Shown here piece after piece: positions 1-12,900 of a DNA stretch of 64,000 nt. This DNA is from Paraspadella gotoi (taxonomy: Eukaryota; Animalia; Chaetognatha). The stretch spans positions 4,041,884 through 4,105,883 of the forward strand of contig CM119266.1 in assembly GCA_051294375.1 (NCBI GenBank). The letters run 5' to 3'. How positions within the stretch are numbered: the first letter of the stretch is position 1; each line of letters starts with the position of its first letter. The translations under genes and the position numbers were made by a program. The notes under the pieces were generated by a model. It was not told the origin of the DNA. It was given only the letters and a program-made list of their open reading frames with translations, and ran no database searches.

Positions 1-357
1 GCTTTGTTCCCCTTGGCGGGATTGTGCCTGCTGTTGCCATCTACTATTATTTATGAACGATAAATACTATTAAAACTTCACTTTAGCATGATTGGAATTT
101 TCCTTGTTTATTTAAAAAAAAATTTTTCAATTACCTCACCGGTATAAAAAACTATAAAACTGACTCTTTGGCTAATTAATTATACAAACCTTGACACATA
201 TTGCGACAAGGCACTAAAAAATCCAATATACGAATTAATTGTTGCAAAAAACTCGATAATGTCAATAATGTTTTCGATCTCATTACCCCTTTTTATTGTT
301 AATAACTTAAGCTGACTTAATAGAAATACCTCATTTTTCTTTTAATGTTATGCTTAC

Positions 358-1794
358 CGATGACGATGGCAGAAAGCAGCGTACCAAATATAGCGAAGAT
401 CATGATAGAGCCAAGATTTTGAAAAAAGTTCCCTTTATGCAAATTATATCCGCTTTCAAAAATGATGGGAGGTAAAATAAGAAGGAAAAATGTAGTGGGA
501 GAAAAAGCCTCTTCTTTTTTCCAGTTATAAGTTTTTGAAATGAGAGTCAGTAGAGCACCTAAGAAGAAAAATATATACTCCATTATAAATACGCTAAACA
601 GTCATTTAGTGTACAAAACGAATATATATATAAGTTTTTGGCAAACTTACCAATGAGGCCTCCCAGAAAAACTATGGCAATACTCTCAGGTAGGTAATGG
701 AACTTCGTGATAAGCAATAAATGAACGACTAGTATACAAAAAGCTGTGAAGAAAAAAATAGAATCTTATTATAATTTAAATGTCGTTAAAAACAAATAAT
801 TTAAATTTGAGCGTGACAAACGAAAACTTACCCAAAACAATGAGAATAAAGAAAATAGTGATAGAGGATTGTTTTTCCTCCTGTGCTGCTCCTTTTTTAG
901 GTAAGGGCGCTTCCTCCTTTTCGGTCGTCGTAGTCGTAGGAGCTAATGTCGTCGTCATGTTGAGATCGACGGTTCCGTTGAGATCCGTAAAATTACCATC
1001 GATCGATCTAAAGATAAATTTTTAAAAAAATAAAGTAATTACTAGACATAGCGTTTCGGCTTTCTTTTTGTTGCGGTAACGATTAAGATGAAACAAAGTT
1101 TTAATTTGTTACAAACAACGATTTTTCGAGTCTTCGTCAGCGCTTAGTCGAAAATTGTCCATTTTTTATTGTCAAAAATCATTGATTGTAACAAATAAAA
1201 ACTTTGTTTTCTCTTCACTAAACATTCCATAGATTCATTTTAAAAATTTTCTCCTAATCATTCTAGTAATAATAATAATAATAAAAATATCAACATCCCA
1301 AGTCTACAAATGATAGCTTACAGTTTTTCATGGTGATTCGTTTGCGAATTCCCCGGCGAATCATGATCAGCCTCGGGTTTACCCAGAGCAGCCTCGATGT
1401 CGCCTTTAACATCTCCATCGTCCTTTGGGTTTTCATTCAAGATGATGCGGTCGATGAACTTGGGTGTCGTCGTCGTCTTCGCTTGGGAGGATGTGATCGA
1501 CGAAAGTGTTGAAGGTTTGGTCGTCGCGGTGGAGTTGGAGTCGAACGACGTCGTCGGCGAAGAATTGACGAGGTTGTTGGGATTCGAGGCGGAGGATCCG
1601 TCGTCCGAAGAGACGCCGTCGCCGAAACACGTTGTGGTCGCGATGGCGACCAATAGAGCTGACGAGAGAGGAAATCAAACATCTTGGAATTACTGTTCCA
1701 TGTCTTAACCTTTATATTTAATTATAACAATACAAATAGTTAATTATCTCTTAAACCAAAACTCGCACCTGCCTTGAAGATAAGAGGCTTCCAT
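358..1794 (-). CDS. SLC9A8: Na+/H+ exchanger NHE8-like (5' part; gene continues beyond left edge)
   Basis: Phase-compatible GT-AG exons: 1322-~1657, 832-1007, 651-743, 358-558. Spliced peptide includes AQEEKQSSITIFFILIVL, HYLPESIAIVFLGGLIG and FSPTTFFLLILPPIIFESGYNLHKGNFFQNLGSI, typical of NHE8. The start is uncertain (candidate ATG 1794, exon 1769-1794). Confidence 0.9.
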
Positions 1795-3913
1795 CTCCAG
1801 ATGATAGTCATAGTAACTCCGCTTTAATTCCGCAACTCGCTTCCATTGGAGGGTTTGACGTAAATATGTTTTTCTATAGTCAATGATTAAACTACGCAAT
1901 ACGTAATAGAAAAGCGAAATATTAGGTGTAATCTCAAGAATTAATCTTAACTCGTTCTTTGGCTTAGAGAAGAAGTAGGATGATAGTTAGATTTTGCTTT
2001 CAATATCAAGGATAGATCGATCGATCACCAAAAAATATGAAATCTTAAAACTTTTTTTTTAGCTGATCAACTCGAAAAGCCTCCTTATTAGGATCGAAAA
2101 ATAAATTTAATGAATTAGCGTCAATAAATTTTAAGAATTTGCTCCAAAAAATTTGAAGTCTAGTCTCAAATAAATTTTAAGATACCCCTCTAATGCCATC
2201 TTTCAATTTTTATCAATACTCCTATTTCTCCAGTAAAATAAAAAAACTATTATTTCGCCTCCTTTTCTCCCCCTGTTATCCTTTTTTAAGCGTTTTTAAC
2301 TATTAAAATAAACTGGAAATGTTATAAAGTAATAATCTGGTTTTACTTTATTCGTAAATCACAAAATCATCAATCACGATACACCATTCACAATGAAACT
2401 CAAACATACATAGATCGCTAAAGTCGCTAATCAAGGTTCAAGAAAAAAAATACGAGAAATTCAAAGGAACGATACCAAAAATTGGAAGTGGTTTCCAACG
2501 AATGAAGGACTTTTTTTTAGCATTTGAAGAACATTAGTATAACTTGTTATTAGAACAAAAATATTGGTCAAATGCAGAAGCTAAACCGGCAACCGGGAAA
2601 CAAAAATAATTGTTTAATTCTGGGTCGATTCGTCGTGATAACGCAGTGTCACAAATACGACGATTTATAAATGATTAAACTTAAAAAATGTACAATTAGC
2701 AGAGAAAAGAATATTTAATTATTAATAATAAAATGTCAAAAGCCTATCGGGTTTTAAATATTGAATAAGAATAGCAAAAAAATTTAAAAAACCTCTTTTT
2801 AAACGAGCTAGCGAGGCCATTAACTGATAAAGTAAACATTGTAAAAAAATATATGCGAGCAAATAGACCCGGATCGTTAAAAGGAGTACAATATATAACG
2901 TCTAAGGCGAAAAATAAATGAGCAACTGAACAATAGTTTTCATAGCTTACAAAGACTACGACAGATTAGACAAAGCTCAAAAAACCGCCATTTCAGGGCA
3001 CGAGTAACTTTATAACACCAAATATGATAACATTCACGGTTCAGGTAATTTTTTTTGAATTGGGCCCTGAGCCTGAGGGATAAAAAATTAAGCCGAGATG
3101 CTAGGGGATAAAAAATATATGGTTAGTACTTAGCGTCATTGTAGAAAAGAGCTTTTACGATTAAAACATCGCATTAGGACTTTATTGGCTAACTCGAGAA
3201 GCAAATGATTTAGCTCGATTCATTTGATCAAAAAATTCTAAGAGAGGGAAAGGTAAGGAAAATGTAGTATTTTAAGACGACAAATCAAAAAGTCAATTAA
3301 CAATAAATAACATGCAAGGAAAAGCAGAACAATGAAAAAACGCAGTGGTTAGAAAAACCAGACAAAAGGAGTAAACAGATCGTCCGTCAACAATGAAATC
3401 ACTCAACAGCTCGTCTAAATATAGAACCAAACCTTGACAGACCCATAAATAGAACCAAAACAGCACATTCAACAATGACCAAAACATACAGCAAAACGAT
3501 AACAATTCTCTAACTTAGTACCATATAGTGTGCGCGCAAACATATTGGCCAGGTTTAGCACGCCTTAGCACGAATTACCTTTCCATAAAGATTGCATACT
3601 TAAAAAATTTAAAATATCAATCGTCTCATTTTCGACCTTTCGGGTTTGAATTCAATTGGGCCAAATATTGAAAATGTTAATTTTCAATATGATAAGATTA
3701 CATTCGTTAAAAACCGTAGAGAAATATAATGAACACGCACGAACAATACCGTAGACAGAACGATAACGACTTTTTAAACTTTGCCTTAAAATTAGTCGCA
3801 ATCTGCGAATAACCGAAATCCTTCAGAAAAAAACTAGTACGTATACGAAAACGTGTACATCATAACTGTATATATATAAATTACAAAAAATAAAAACAAA
3901 AACTGAAATTGGG

Positions 3914-6900
3914 TTAAAGTTTGGATTCGTCTTGATCAGCGGCCGACGAATCAGATTCGGACGGAACAAGAACCACAGTGTCAACGTTGAGCGGGCTGGG
4001 CCTCGACTCCGCGCCCGACTCGCCCGGCCCGCCCTCCGGAACGGGCATAGTCATTTCGCCCTCCGTCCCGCGACCATCCTCTCCGTCTCTCGATCGCTCC
4101 GCCCGCGAATCCGAGACGACCTCGTCGTCGACGGCGTCGCTTTCTCCCCCGCCGACGCCATTTTCAACGGGACATTCAGTTCCGCCCCAAGATTCCATGA
4201 CACTCTCGGAATCCAAATATTCCAAGTAACTCTCGGGCGGAGAATCTTCGGCCGTTATTGTGCTGAAGGTGATGGGAGGAAAAGCGAGAATTAGATTTTA
4301 AAACTAGCGTGACATGAGATAACATTAAAATTGAATTTACTTTTGTCTCTTCGCCCGTTTAATTAATACTTTGGCCATAACGAGGCTCTCGTGTTGTTCG
4401 ATTTCAACCAAACGATTTGCTTCCTCTTCCTTTATTTTTTCCTAGAGTAAAAGAGAATAAGTGAGTCAGTAAAAATCGCACCGAGTATAACAATTGTTAT
4501 GAATTTCAGTCGCCTCTCAGTATCGAGATGATAATACGACCAAAAACGAACTTTGGGTAACTTTTGGTAGCTTTGGGTAGCTCTCTTTTTACACACACGA
4601 GGTCCCACTAAGGTTTAATGCTTTTCTGTCTAACTGCAGTAAAAATAATGTAATCTTGCGGTCCACTACCTGTGGCGTTGCCTTTGTCGAAAATTGTTGT
4701 ATATCCGTAGAGTAATCAAGTATCAACGCTGACATCTGCATGTGTTTAAAAATGCTTAACCATTAGTTAATCACAGAGAATGACTAATTACTCGCAATAA
4801 GTTTAGCATATCTCGAATTTTTAATAAGCTTAATTAGTTTAAAATAGCTGAAGAACCCGTTAAACATTTCAATTAAATTCAAGACAAAGTAGAATTTACC
4901 TGATTAGAATCAGGATCGAACTCGGAAACAATGCAGGCCGTATCAATTTGATCAGTGATTGATGTATACTCGTTCTTGTTGAAGGAACTAAAAATCAATG
5001 AAATTTTTTAAGTAAAACTCCCAGAAAATATTACTTTTTTTTCACTTATGAAAATAAACTGAAATACAAGATAAAGAAAATACCATTTTAACATCTCATT
5101 TTTAAAATACGTTTTAAACTCTAATCCATGCGACCACGAAGGCGGTGAAAACAAAGGCGACAATACCTGGTTCTACAAAGTAGAACCTTAAATTTGAAAT
5201 TAAAGAATAAGAAATAAGCGTATAATTTCACAAGCGCTAAAGCTTTGACGTTAAAATGTTATCACGACATATTTATAAATGTGATCATAGCAGGAATCCT
5301 CACGTTAGGAATTAATGCCGCCAAATAAAAAAAAAACTCAATTACTACACTTTACTTAAAACAAAATACCGAAATGACAGAAAATATCCACTTTGATAAT
5401 AAACACTAAAAATTACAAATACGGTTCAGTCCAAGCCAGAAAATGACACCAGCAGTCAGGAACTTAACAAACCATCAGTACAATAGCTAAGGTAAACGAT
5501 GATTGATTGAGGGCGACTTCTTAGGGACAAAAGTTTTCCATCAGCAACGATAATATTTACACTAGTAGGGGTAGCCCCACTCAATGGGGTGAGTCAAAAA
5601 TTTAGAATAATTACATGCTCAAACGAAAATTTATACATTTTGAAGTATACTTTCAATGGACAAAACATTTCTTAGTGGCTCTTTACTCAAAAAATTAATT
5701 TTTTAATATTTATTTAAATGAGAAAGGCCAAAATTTTTTTGCTTTGGTCTTAAAATTTAATTTTAAAATTTTAAGACCAAAAAAATCATCATCATCATCT
5801 TTTGATGATTTTATTAATTTTTTTATATTTTCACATAGAAAACGTAACTTTTATGTTCTATCAGTTTCCATCAAAAAATTTCAAGATTTCAAAAAAAAAT
5901 TTTATAATGTAAAAAAAGACAAGTAATATTTAATGTATTAATCAAGACGTATAATGTAAATTTTTTTTTAAATGATTGCCTAAATATTTAGTCAAGACAA
6001 CTAAAAATACTTTGCTAATAGTCAAAAATATATATTATCTCTGGAGTTGGTCCCTAACACTAGACTATTTAAATAAAAATTGAAAATATTCCCAACGCAC
6101 CATACTCCCACTACTCCCACAGTCCCAGTAAAGGCGCCCGATACCACATTTTAAAAGGATTGGGACATACCACCAATGAAAAACCCATGTCGTTTTAAAA
6201 TCGTACTCATGTTAAAATATTTGTCGGGAAAAAGTCGATGACCCCGACGAGACGGTTGCAGCGTCGGCGTGTGGGCATTATAAGGCGGGCCAAAATTGAA
6301 CACTTTTTATAACTTTTAATTCTTTCAAAAAAATTCCTTTTTTTCTTCTATTACTAAATCGATTTTCAATGCAACTTTTTGAATTAGTTCATTGGGTTGT
6401 TGCACTGAAGGTTTTAAATATTTATTAATATATAACAAATGACAAAAAATTTTTTTTTAAAAATTAGAGCTTGAAAAGTTAAATGAAAGTTAGTACTACA
6501 ATTATTTTAAATTTTGACAAAAAAAACGTTAAAAAATCATCATCATCATTGGCTGAATTTTATAGTTTTTTAAAATTTTTATCAATAAAACAAAAAAATT
6601 TTAAAAATTTGTATTAATAACCTTTATCTAACTTTTAAAGCTCTATCAGAATCCATTAAAAAAAATCAAAAATTCAAAAAAATTTTTTAACTATATATAG
6701 TAATAAAATAATCTTTAAATGCTTCCGTGCGCTTATTAATAAGATAATTTTTTAAAATTATTTTTATTTTCATATTCTCTAACAGTCACTTTATCATTAC
6801 TTATTTGAGAGAACTTCTAGTTTTTAACCTGTTCCGGCCTAGTGGGCAATATGGGGCTGCTAAAGTATCATATTGATTTCGATATTTCAATATGCTACAA

Positions 6901-9900
6901 GAGTACATTTATAGTTTGCAAAAAATATATTCTTTTGAAAATCCCATATTACGTTTTCAAGGTGGTAAATAGGAACATGCGGCATTGATAAAATTGTCTC
7001 ATTTGTCAGTCAAGCATTTTAAGTAAAGTTGAATAATGAATATTCTTAAAGGGGGACGACCACAATGAATCCCAATCTATCAATATCATACCTATTCTTT
7101 TCCCTCATATGCTTTAAATCTACTTGGGCTTCCAAAGCGGCTCTAAACGTAATATGCAGGTGAGGAAAGTGCGAGATGATTACGATTTGCCGAATAGAAA
7201 TCGCCGGGCGCTGACTTCATAGTCTAGCTGGTATGTAGTACAAAGATAAAAATACTAATTCTAATTTAAAACAAATGTAATTATACAATATCTGTTCTGC
7301 CCACGAAAATTCGGCTAATCAACTGATAAATAATGATAGATCTAACATTATCCTTTTGATTCATAAGATAGTAAATGTAATTTGGTCAAATTATTAGTCA
7401 AGCGCGATTTCCTCAACAACATGCCAAAGCGCTATTTTTGTGCGAGTGAAAAAAAAAAAAATATTGAAAAATTTTTCTAAATGCGCAGCCGAAATAAAAA
7501 CAAAAGAAAGATATTTGTACTGACCTTAGGTTAACTCCGACTTGAACGATTTGTCGCCCGCGCGTCGCGCCCTTTCCACTGGACGAGACAGTGAGAGGGG
7601 CCTCGGCGTGTTCGGGCGCTCGGATCCGCGTCCCGGGGCCGAAGGGTGACAACGGACCCGTGAGAGGCGGAGAGAAAGGAGGTCGAACGGTTTGTGGGTC
7701 CTGAGCGATTGAGAGGGAATAGAGGCATATTGGGTTTGTTAAGATCGAGACAAAACTTATATAATATTTAAATTAAGATAATTAATTTACATCCGTTTGC
7801 TCTTCTATTTCGTCTTGTTCTTTGGTATCTGGCAAGACAAAAGGAGAGACAACAGGAGCTTTGGTCTCTTGATCTCCGTCAGAAATTGATTTTGATCTGG
7901 GAAAAAAAAAAGACGAGAAAGGGTTTGATTTGATTAAAGCTTACATGATAATTAAATATATTTATCAATATAAAAAAAATGAATACCTGGAATCGCCGGA
8001 TAAAAACCGTTGCCTTTGTCGAAGTTGCATCGTTGGATCGTGAGAAATCGTTCGCAAATACCTAAGTAAGTGATAGTGATGCAATTTCGTTAACCTCGGT
8101 CCAAATTTGCATCTCCTGCTTGAACTGACTTCAGACTCGCGGCTCCGCGTTTCCTCGAATGACGAGGAAGAAAACTTGCGGCGGATGTGGCTTCGTCGAG
8201 GTCGAACGACGCTCGGGGAGATAAACAGCTGCCTTCTGAAATGTTTACTTTTAATTAATTAATTAATTAATTAAAAACAATCTTGAAATAAATTTGTAGC
8301 GGAATAATCTTGAATTAATAATAATATTTAAATTAGCTAACCGAATATGTCGCCCTCTTCGTCATTAATGAGTATTTTGGGCGAGCCTTCGCGTCTCTTG
8401 GAAAAGGAGTAATCCGTAAAAGGTTTTAACTTTTCGGTCTCTGGTTTTCGAGGCGTCGTCGATGTAGCCGATTCTTCGCGATCCTGTTTATTGTTTAATA
8501 TTTATTATTTAATGTTTATTTTTTTAACCCGGAACTCACGATACGTTAACGAGTACTGAGATGTCCATTGTCCAAGCCAATGGGACGAGCTGAGTTTCAT
8601 CAAGCTATACGGGAGGCGAATTTAGGATTCGCTACAAAAGTTTAATTAGCATTAGTCTATCCTGATTCTTTTTTTTCTCATCATTTAACCCAGTTTTTTA
8701 GTTTTTAGTTTCTTGCAACTCCATAAGCTATTGATAAGTGTAGAATTTTCCTATTGTTTATGTTATTGTTATTGTTATTGTAAATATGACATTGGTATAA
8801 CCATTGTAAAAATTATCCACTTATTTAATAAATGAACTATCATTTAATAGTTATTGTTAAATTTCGAGTACTACAATGTCAAGTCGACATTTTCAAACTC
8901 ACGGAATTGTTGGAGATTCTTCTGTCGACGCCGAGAGCGGCGAAGGCAGCGTCGGCGTCGGCATCGCCGCTCGCCGTGTTGGCTTGACGTTGAATCCGCG
9001 GCAGACGCGGCAGACGCGGCGTCCGCGTCGGCGTCCGCGGCGACTTCCGCTTCTCCTCGTCCGACGTCGCGAAATGCTGCATCGACTCGGCATCCGTCCC
9101 TGTTGAAGATGTTAACCATTAAATTAACCACAGTTAACCAGTTAACCGCCTTAAGCCCAAAGTGTCAGGGCGAATTAAATACCTTTAATAAAAGAGGCTT
9201 GAATCGCTTCCGCCTCAGCAGCATTATCATTGGCGCCGAGCAAAGTATTACTCCGAGTAAATCCGCCGAAGAGTGGACCCACGCCGCTGCTGGCGTGGAC
9301 GAGGTGTCCGCCGACGCCGCCGCTGTCTCCGGAACTCGTGTTTCGATCCCTTCGTCCTGAAGGCCATTTGGTTTCGTCGTCCATCTCTGAATCTGGCGGT
9401 TCGCTCATCTGTGTCGCCATGAATCGATGGATCACCTGGAAAAACAATAATGTTTAGAAAGGGATTTGGTTTAAATAATTCAATGTTTGAATTAATTCTA
9501 AAACTAGTTTAGTTTAAGTTTAAACCTGAAGGGATCCTACAATTTGAGAGGCGACTTCTTCCATCTTCATCATCCGGAGCTCGAGGGTTTGTAGGCTGAA
9601 ACATTGGTCAATGGGATTTAAATATTGACCAAGTTATAATCATTTAACAATAAAGAAAATTGACTTTAAATGATGTCTACTTATTGAATATAATTTAATT
9701 CTTTACTTTTATAAGCTTATATCTTCAGTACTTTTTTTATGTAGTAATAGCACAAAATTAATACAACAATTCCCAAATAAGATGGAATAAATAAGGTTAC
9801 CTCAATCTGACACAATTCTCTCTCGTTTGAACGTCTTCCATTTTGGACGCCATTCCTTCGACGCGATCCACAGTCAACTAAAGTAAGAAATTGAAATTAA

Positions 9901-12900
9901 ATGGCAACAATCAGTTGGTAAGACAGGTTCTTAGAAAAAACAAACCCAGTTAAATTTATTATTTCAGCAATTTTGCATTTGTTTCTCTTTTTGTGGATTT
10001 TTTGTTAGTAGGCTCTTTGAGTTTTATAATTAATAATCTAGTATCAGTTAAATATAGCTTTCCAAATAACTAATACAGTAGTAATTGCTGCAGAACCCTG
10101 CCGGTATTTTCCATTCAATTTGAAATGGTGTTTTGGCGGGTAGACAATTAGACACTGAAAGACCACAAACCCAAACCAAAAATATTTATATAAAAGATAC
10201 GTCATCATTAAAAATGATTAAGCGAGAGGGGTTTCAATTCAATAAATAATTTGATATCCCCATAAACATTCGTAATATTATAACGCACTCGCTATTTTCC
10301 ACAGATGATCCCATATAAAACAGCGCAAACCTATAAGCTCACCCAGTTTGGTACTATCCCCGCCTGGTGTCAAAAAAGGTTAACGAATAGCAAATTATTT
10401 TTTTTTACTAAAAATTTAGTTTAAACGCTGTAATTTTTTTATTCGAGCATCAAAAATTGATAATAATTTACCTTTAACTTTTCATCGGCGGAAGAGTGCG
10501 ACATGATTTCTTTCTCCTTAAAATAATCTTCCATACAATCTTCTTCAAAGTCGCGCAATTTCTCGACAGAGTCTTGATCCAGAAAAAGCTTCAGACTCGT
10601 GTCCATTATGAGATTTTCCTTGTGAACTTTTCGGTAACAATATTTGACTAGAATGTATATATGATTAAAAACGATGAAAGGAGGCGCGATGACCGGCTTT
10701 CTTTCGAATTCCATGATGAGATGATATCGATGGAACTTCCAAACCTAAAGTTATGTTTGAAAGAATTAATGTTAATGTTAATTAACTAATGGTAACTTGG
10801 TCAGGTTAAGCAAAATTATTGTTATTTTAAAACGGACAAAAAATTATGTAGTTTTTCATTTCATCCATCCTAACTTAAGACGAAGCCAATTGTTAAGTTA
10901 AATTAATGTCCACGTTAATTAAATTTATTATTTTAAAAACAGAGAAATTTACGAGTTTTGTTTAATATTTCCTAACCTGAGACGAAACCGATTTGACCGC
11001 GTTGTACGTGTTATTGAAAATGGCAATCAGCAGATTGACGAGCAGAATATTCTCCACGAGAAGGTAGAGGGTCATTAGAATGGGCGTGACCCATTCCCCG
11101 GTGATGCAGGGACGGGGATTATCAGGATGTTCCGATCGATCCCCGCACGGGGGATCGATGTCCCCGGCGTACACTTCTCCGTACATCATAAAGTATGGCA
11201 TGAGAAAGATCTCTTTGATCAGATGCCAGTCCCAAGCCGAGTTCTGCACCTTGATCGATTGTCTGGCGATGCCGAAGCTCATGAGAACTATGAGCATGAT
11301 GATGCAGAAATACATCATATCGATGACCATTTTGCCCATCAAAGTGACGAAGGGTCCCAAGTATTTGTTGACGCTGAAAAATTTGAGGGATCTGATGGTC
11401 CAGATGGAAATGTTGATGGCGTAAAGGACACGACCAACGCTGCGCCATTCCGACGTCACTCGAAAAGAAAGAGCGACGAAGAACCAGACAACGCCCACGC
11501 AATCCATCACGTTCCAAATGTTATTGATCCATAAACGAAATTTTAAGTTAAGCGTGGGCGGATCGGACATGAGAACTTCGCGCAATTTCTCGCAGGCCAT
11601 CGTCGCCATGAAAGTGATCACGTAAATCTCCGGAAATTCGATGTAATAAACTTCGGGAGTGACGACCATGACCACGTAAATATACATGGACATCATCGCC
11701 AAGTACGAGATGGTGTACGACCAGAATTTCGTAATAGGGGCCGTGTAAAATTCGTACAACTTTTTTCCGATTTTTAAAGAGGATTTTTTCTTTCTTTTGA
11801 TCAGTTGAGAAAAGGATTGAAACTTGTGGTCGAAGGAGTTGGAGACGGTCGTCGCGTTCGTCTTGTTGAGTCCGTTCTCCAAAATCTTTGACTTGTCGTT
11901 CTCGTTGTCCGAATATTGACTCTGAGACCGAATGACGCTGTCTCTCTTGATATTGACGGTCTTGAGATCTTTAAGAAGGACTTTGTCGGGCGATTGTCGG
12001 CTTCGTCTGTGGGTCTTCTGCTTCTTTGGTTTGAAAACCGAGTCTCTCTCGAATCGCGAGAAATTGTCAGATTCGGTGGAGTCTGAGTCAGAGTCCGAAG
12101 AACTGGAGGAGCTTCCCTCCGACACGCTACTGTTGCTGCTGGAGTCTGTGTCTTCCTGCTCCACGAGATGCTCTTCCAGCGTTTGCGGCATCAGGGACAG
12201 TTCCTCTCGACTCTTGAATTCCAAAGCCAGAATGTAAGGAGGAAGCAAGAGACCCAACATGACCTTCAAGGAAGTGTTCCTCCGCATGCGGAGTCCGCCC
12301 ATCCACATGTCTGTCAGCAAAATCTGAACGCAGGGATGAGCGACGAATTCCTTGTGATTGGCGGTGATTGCGAGAGACAAGCAAGTTTGATTGCTCCACT
12401 CTTTCAGTTCGTAAAGCAAAAGTTGTTGAGTCAGATCGTCGTCTTGTTTATAACAATGATCGAGCAATTCCACGGCGAGTCGTTGAAATTCCTTGGAATT
12501 GAGGGAAAGTTCCAAACAGATATCGTCCTCCAAATCGTCTTCAGCAGCTTCGTAGCTCATGGACTTGAAGAGCTTGGAGGCGATGAGGGCTTTGGCCATG
12601 GCCTCGTCCCCGTGTTTCCACATGTACAGCGCCATCTTTTGACGATTTAACAAACAAGCCCAGACCATGAGATCGTGAAACGGGTGACGGAAAATATGAT
12701 TCTCTTTGATGTTGTCGTCGTCTTTGGTGGGAGAGCCTTCGGCCGGGGATTTTATGAGAATGTCCGGGAGAGCGAAGGAGACGACGGGGACGTGAGCGTC
12801 ACCGGCGACGGCGGCGCAACGCGTCACTTGCGAGTAAACGGATCGAATTCGTCGTCGACAATAATGAGATCGAAAGGCGCCGCCCATTAAGAGTTCGACG

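Noticed and set aside
135-151. 17-nt NHE8 microexon (tag|TTTTTTATACCGGTGAG|gtaa)
   Set aside because: It is phase-compatible, but the peptide match is weak and the next exon is outside the window, so it is unsupported.
8062-8094. 33-nt TRPM intron using a GTTAAC donor
   Set aside because: The GTCAGT donor at 8129 gives a normal-length intron and keeps the frame through the downstream exons.
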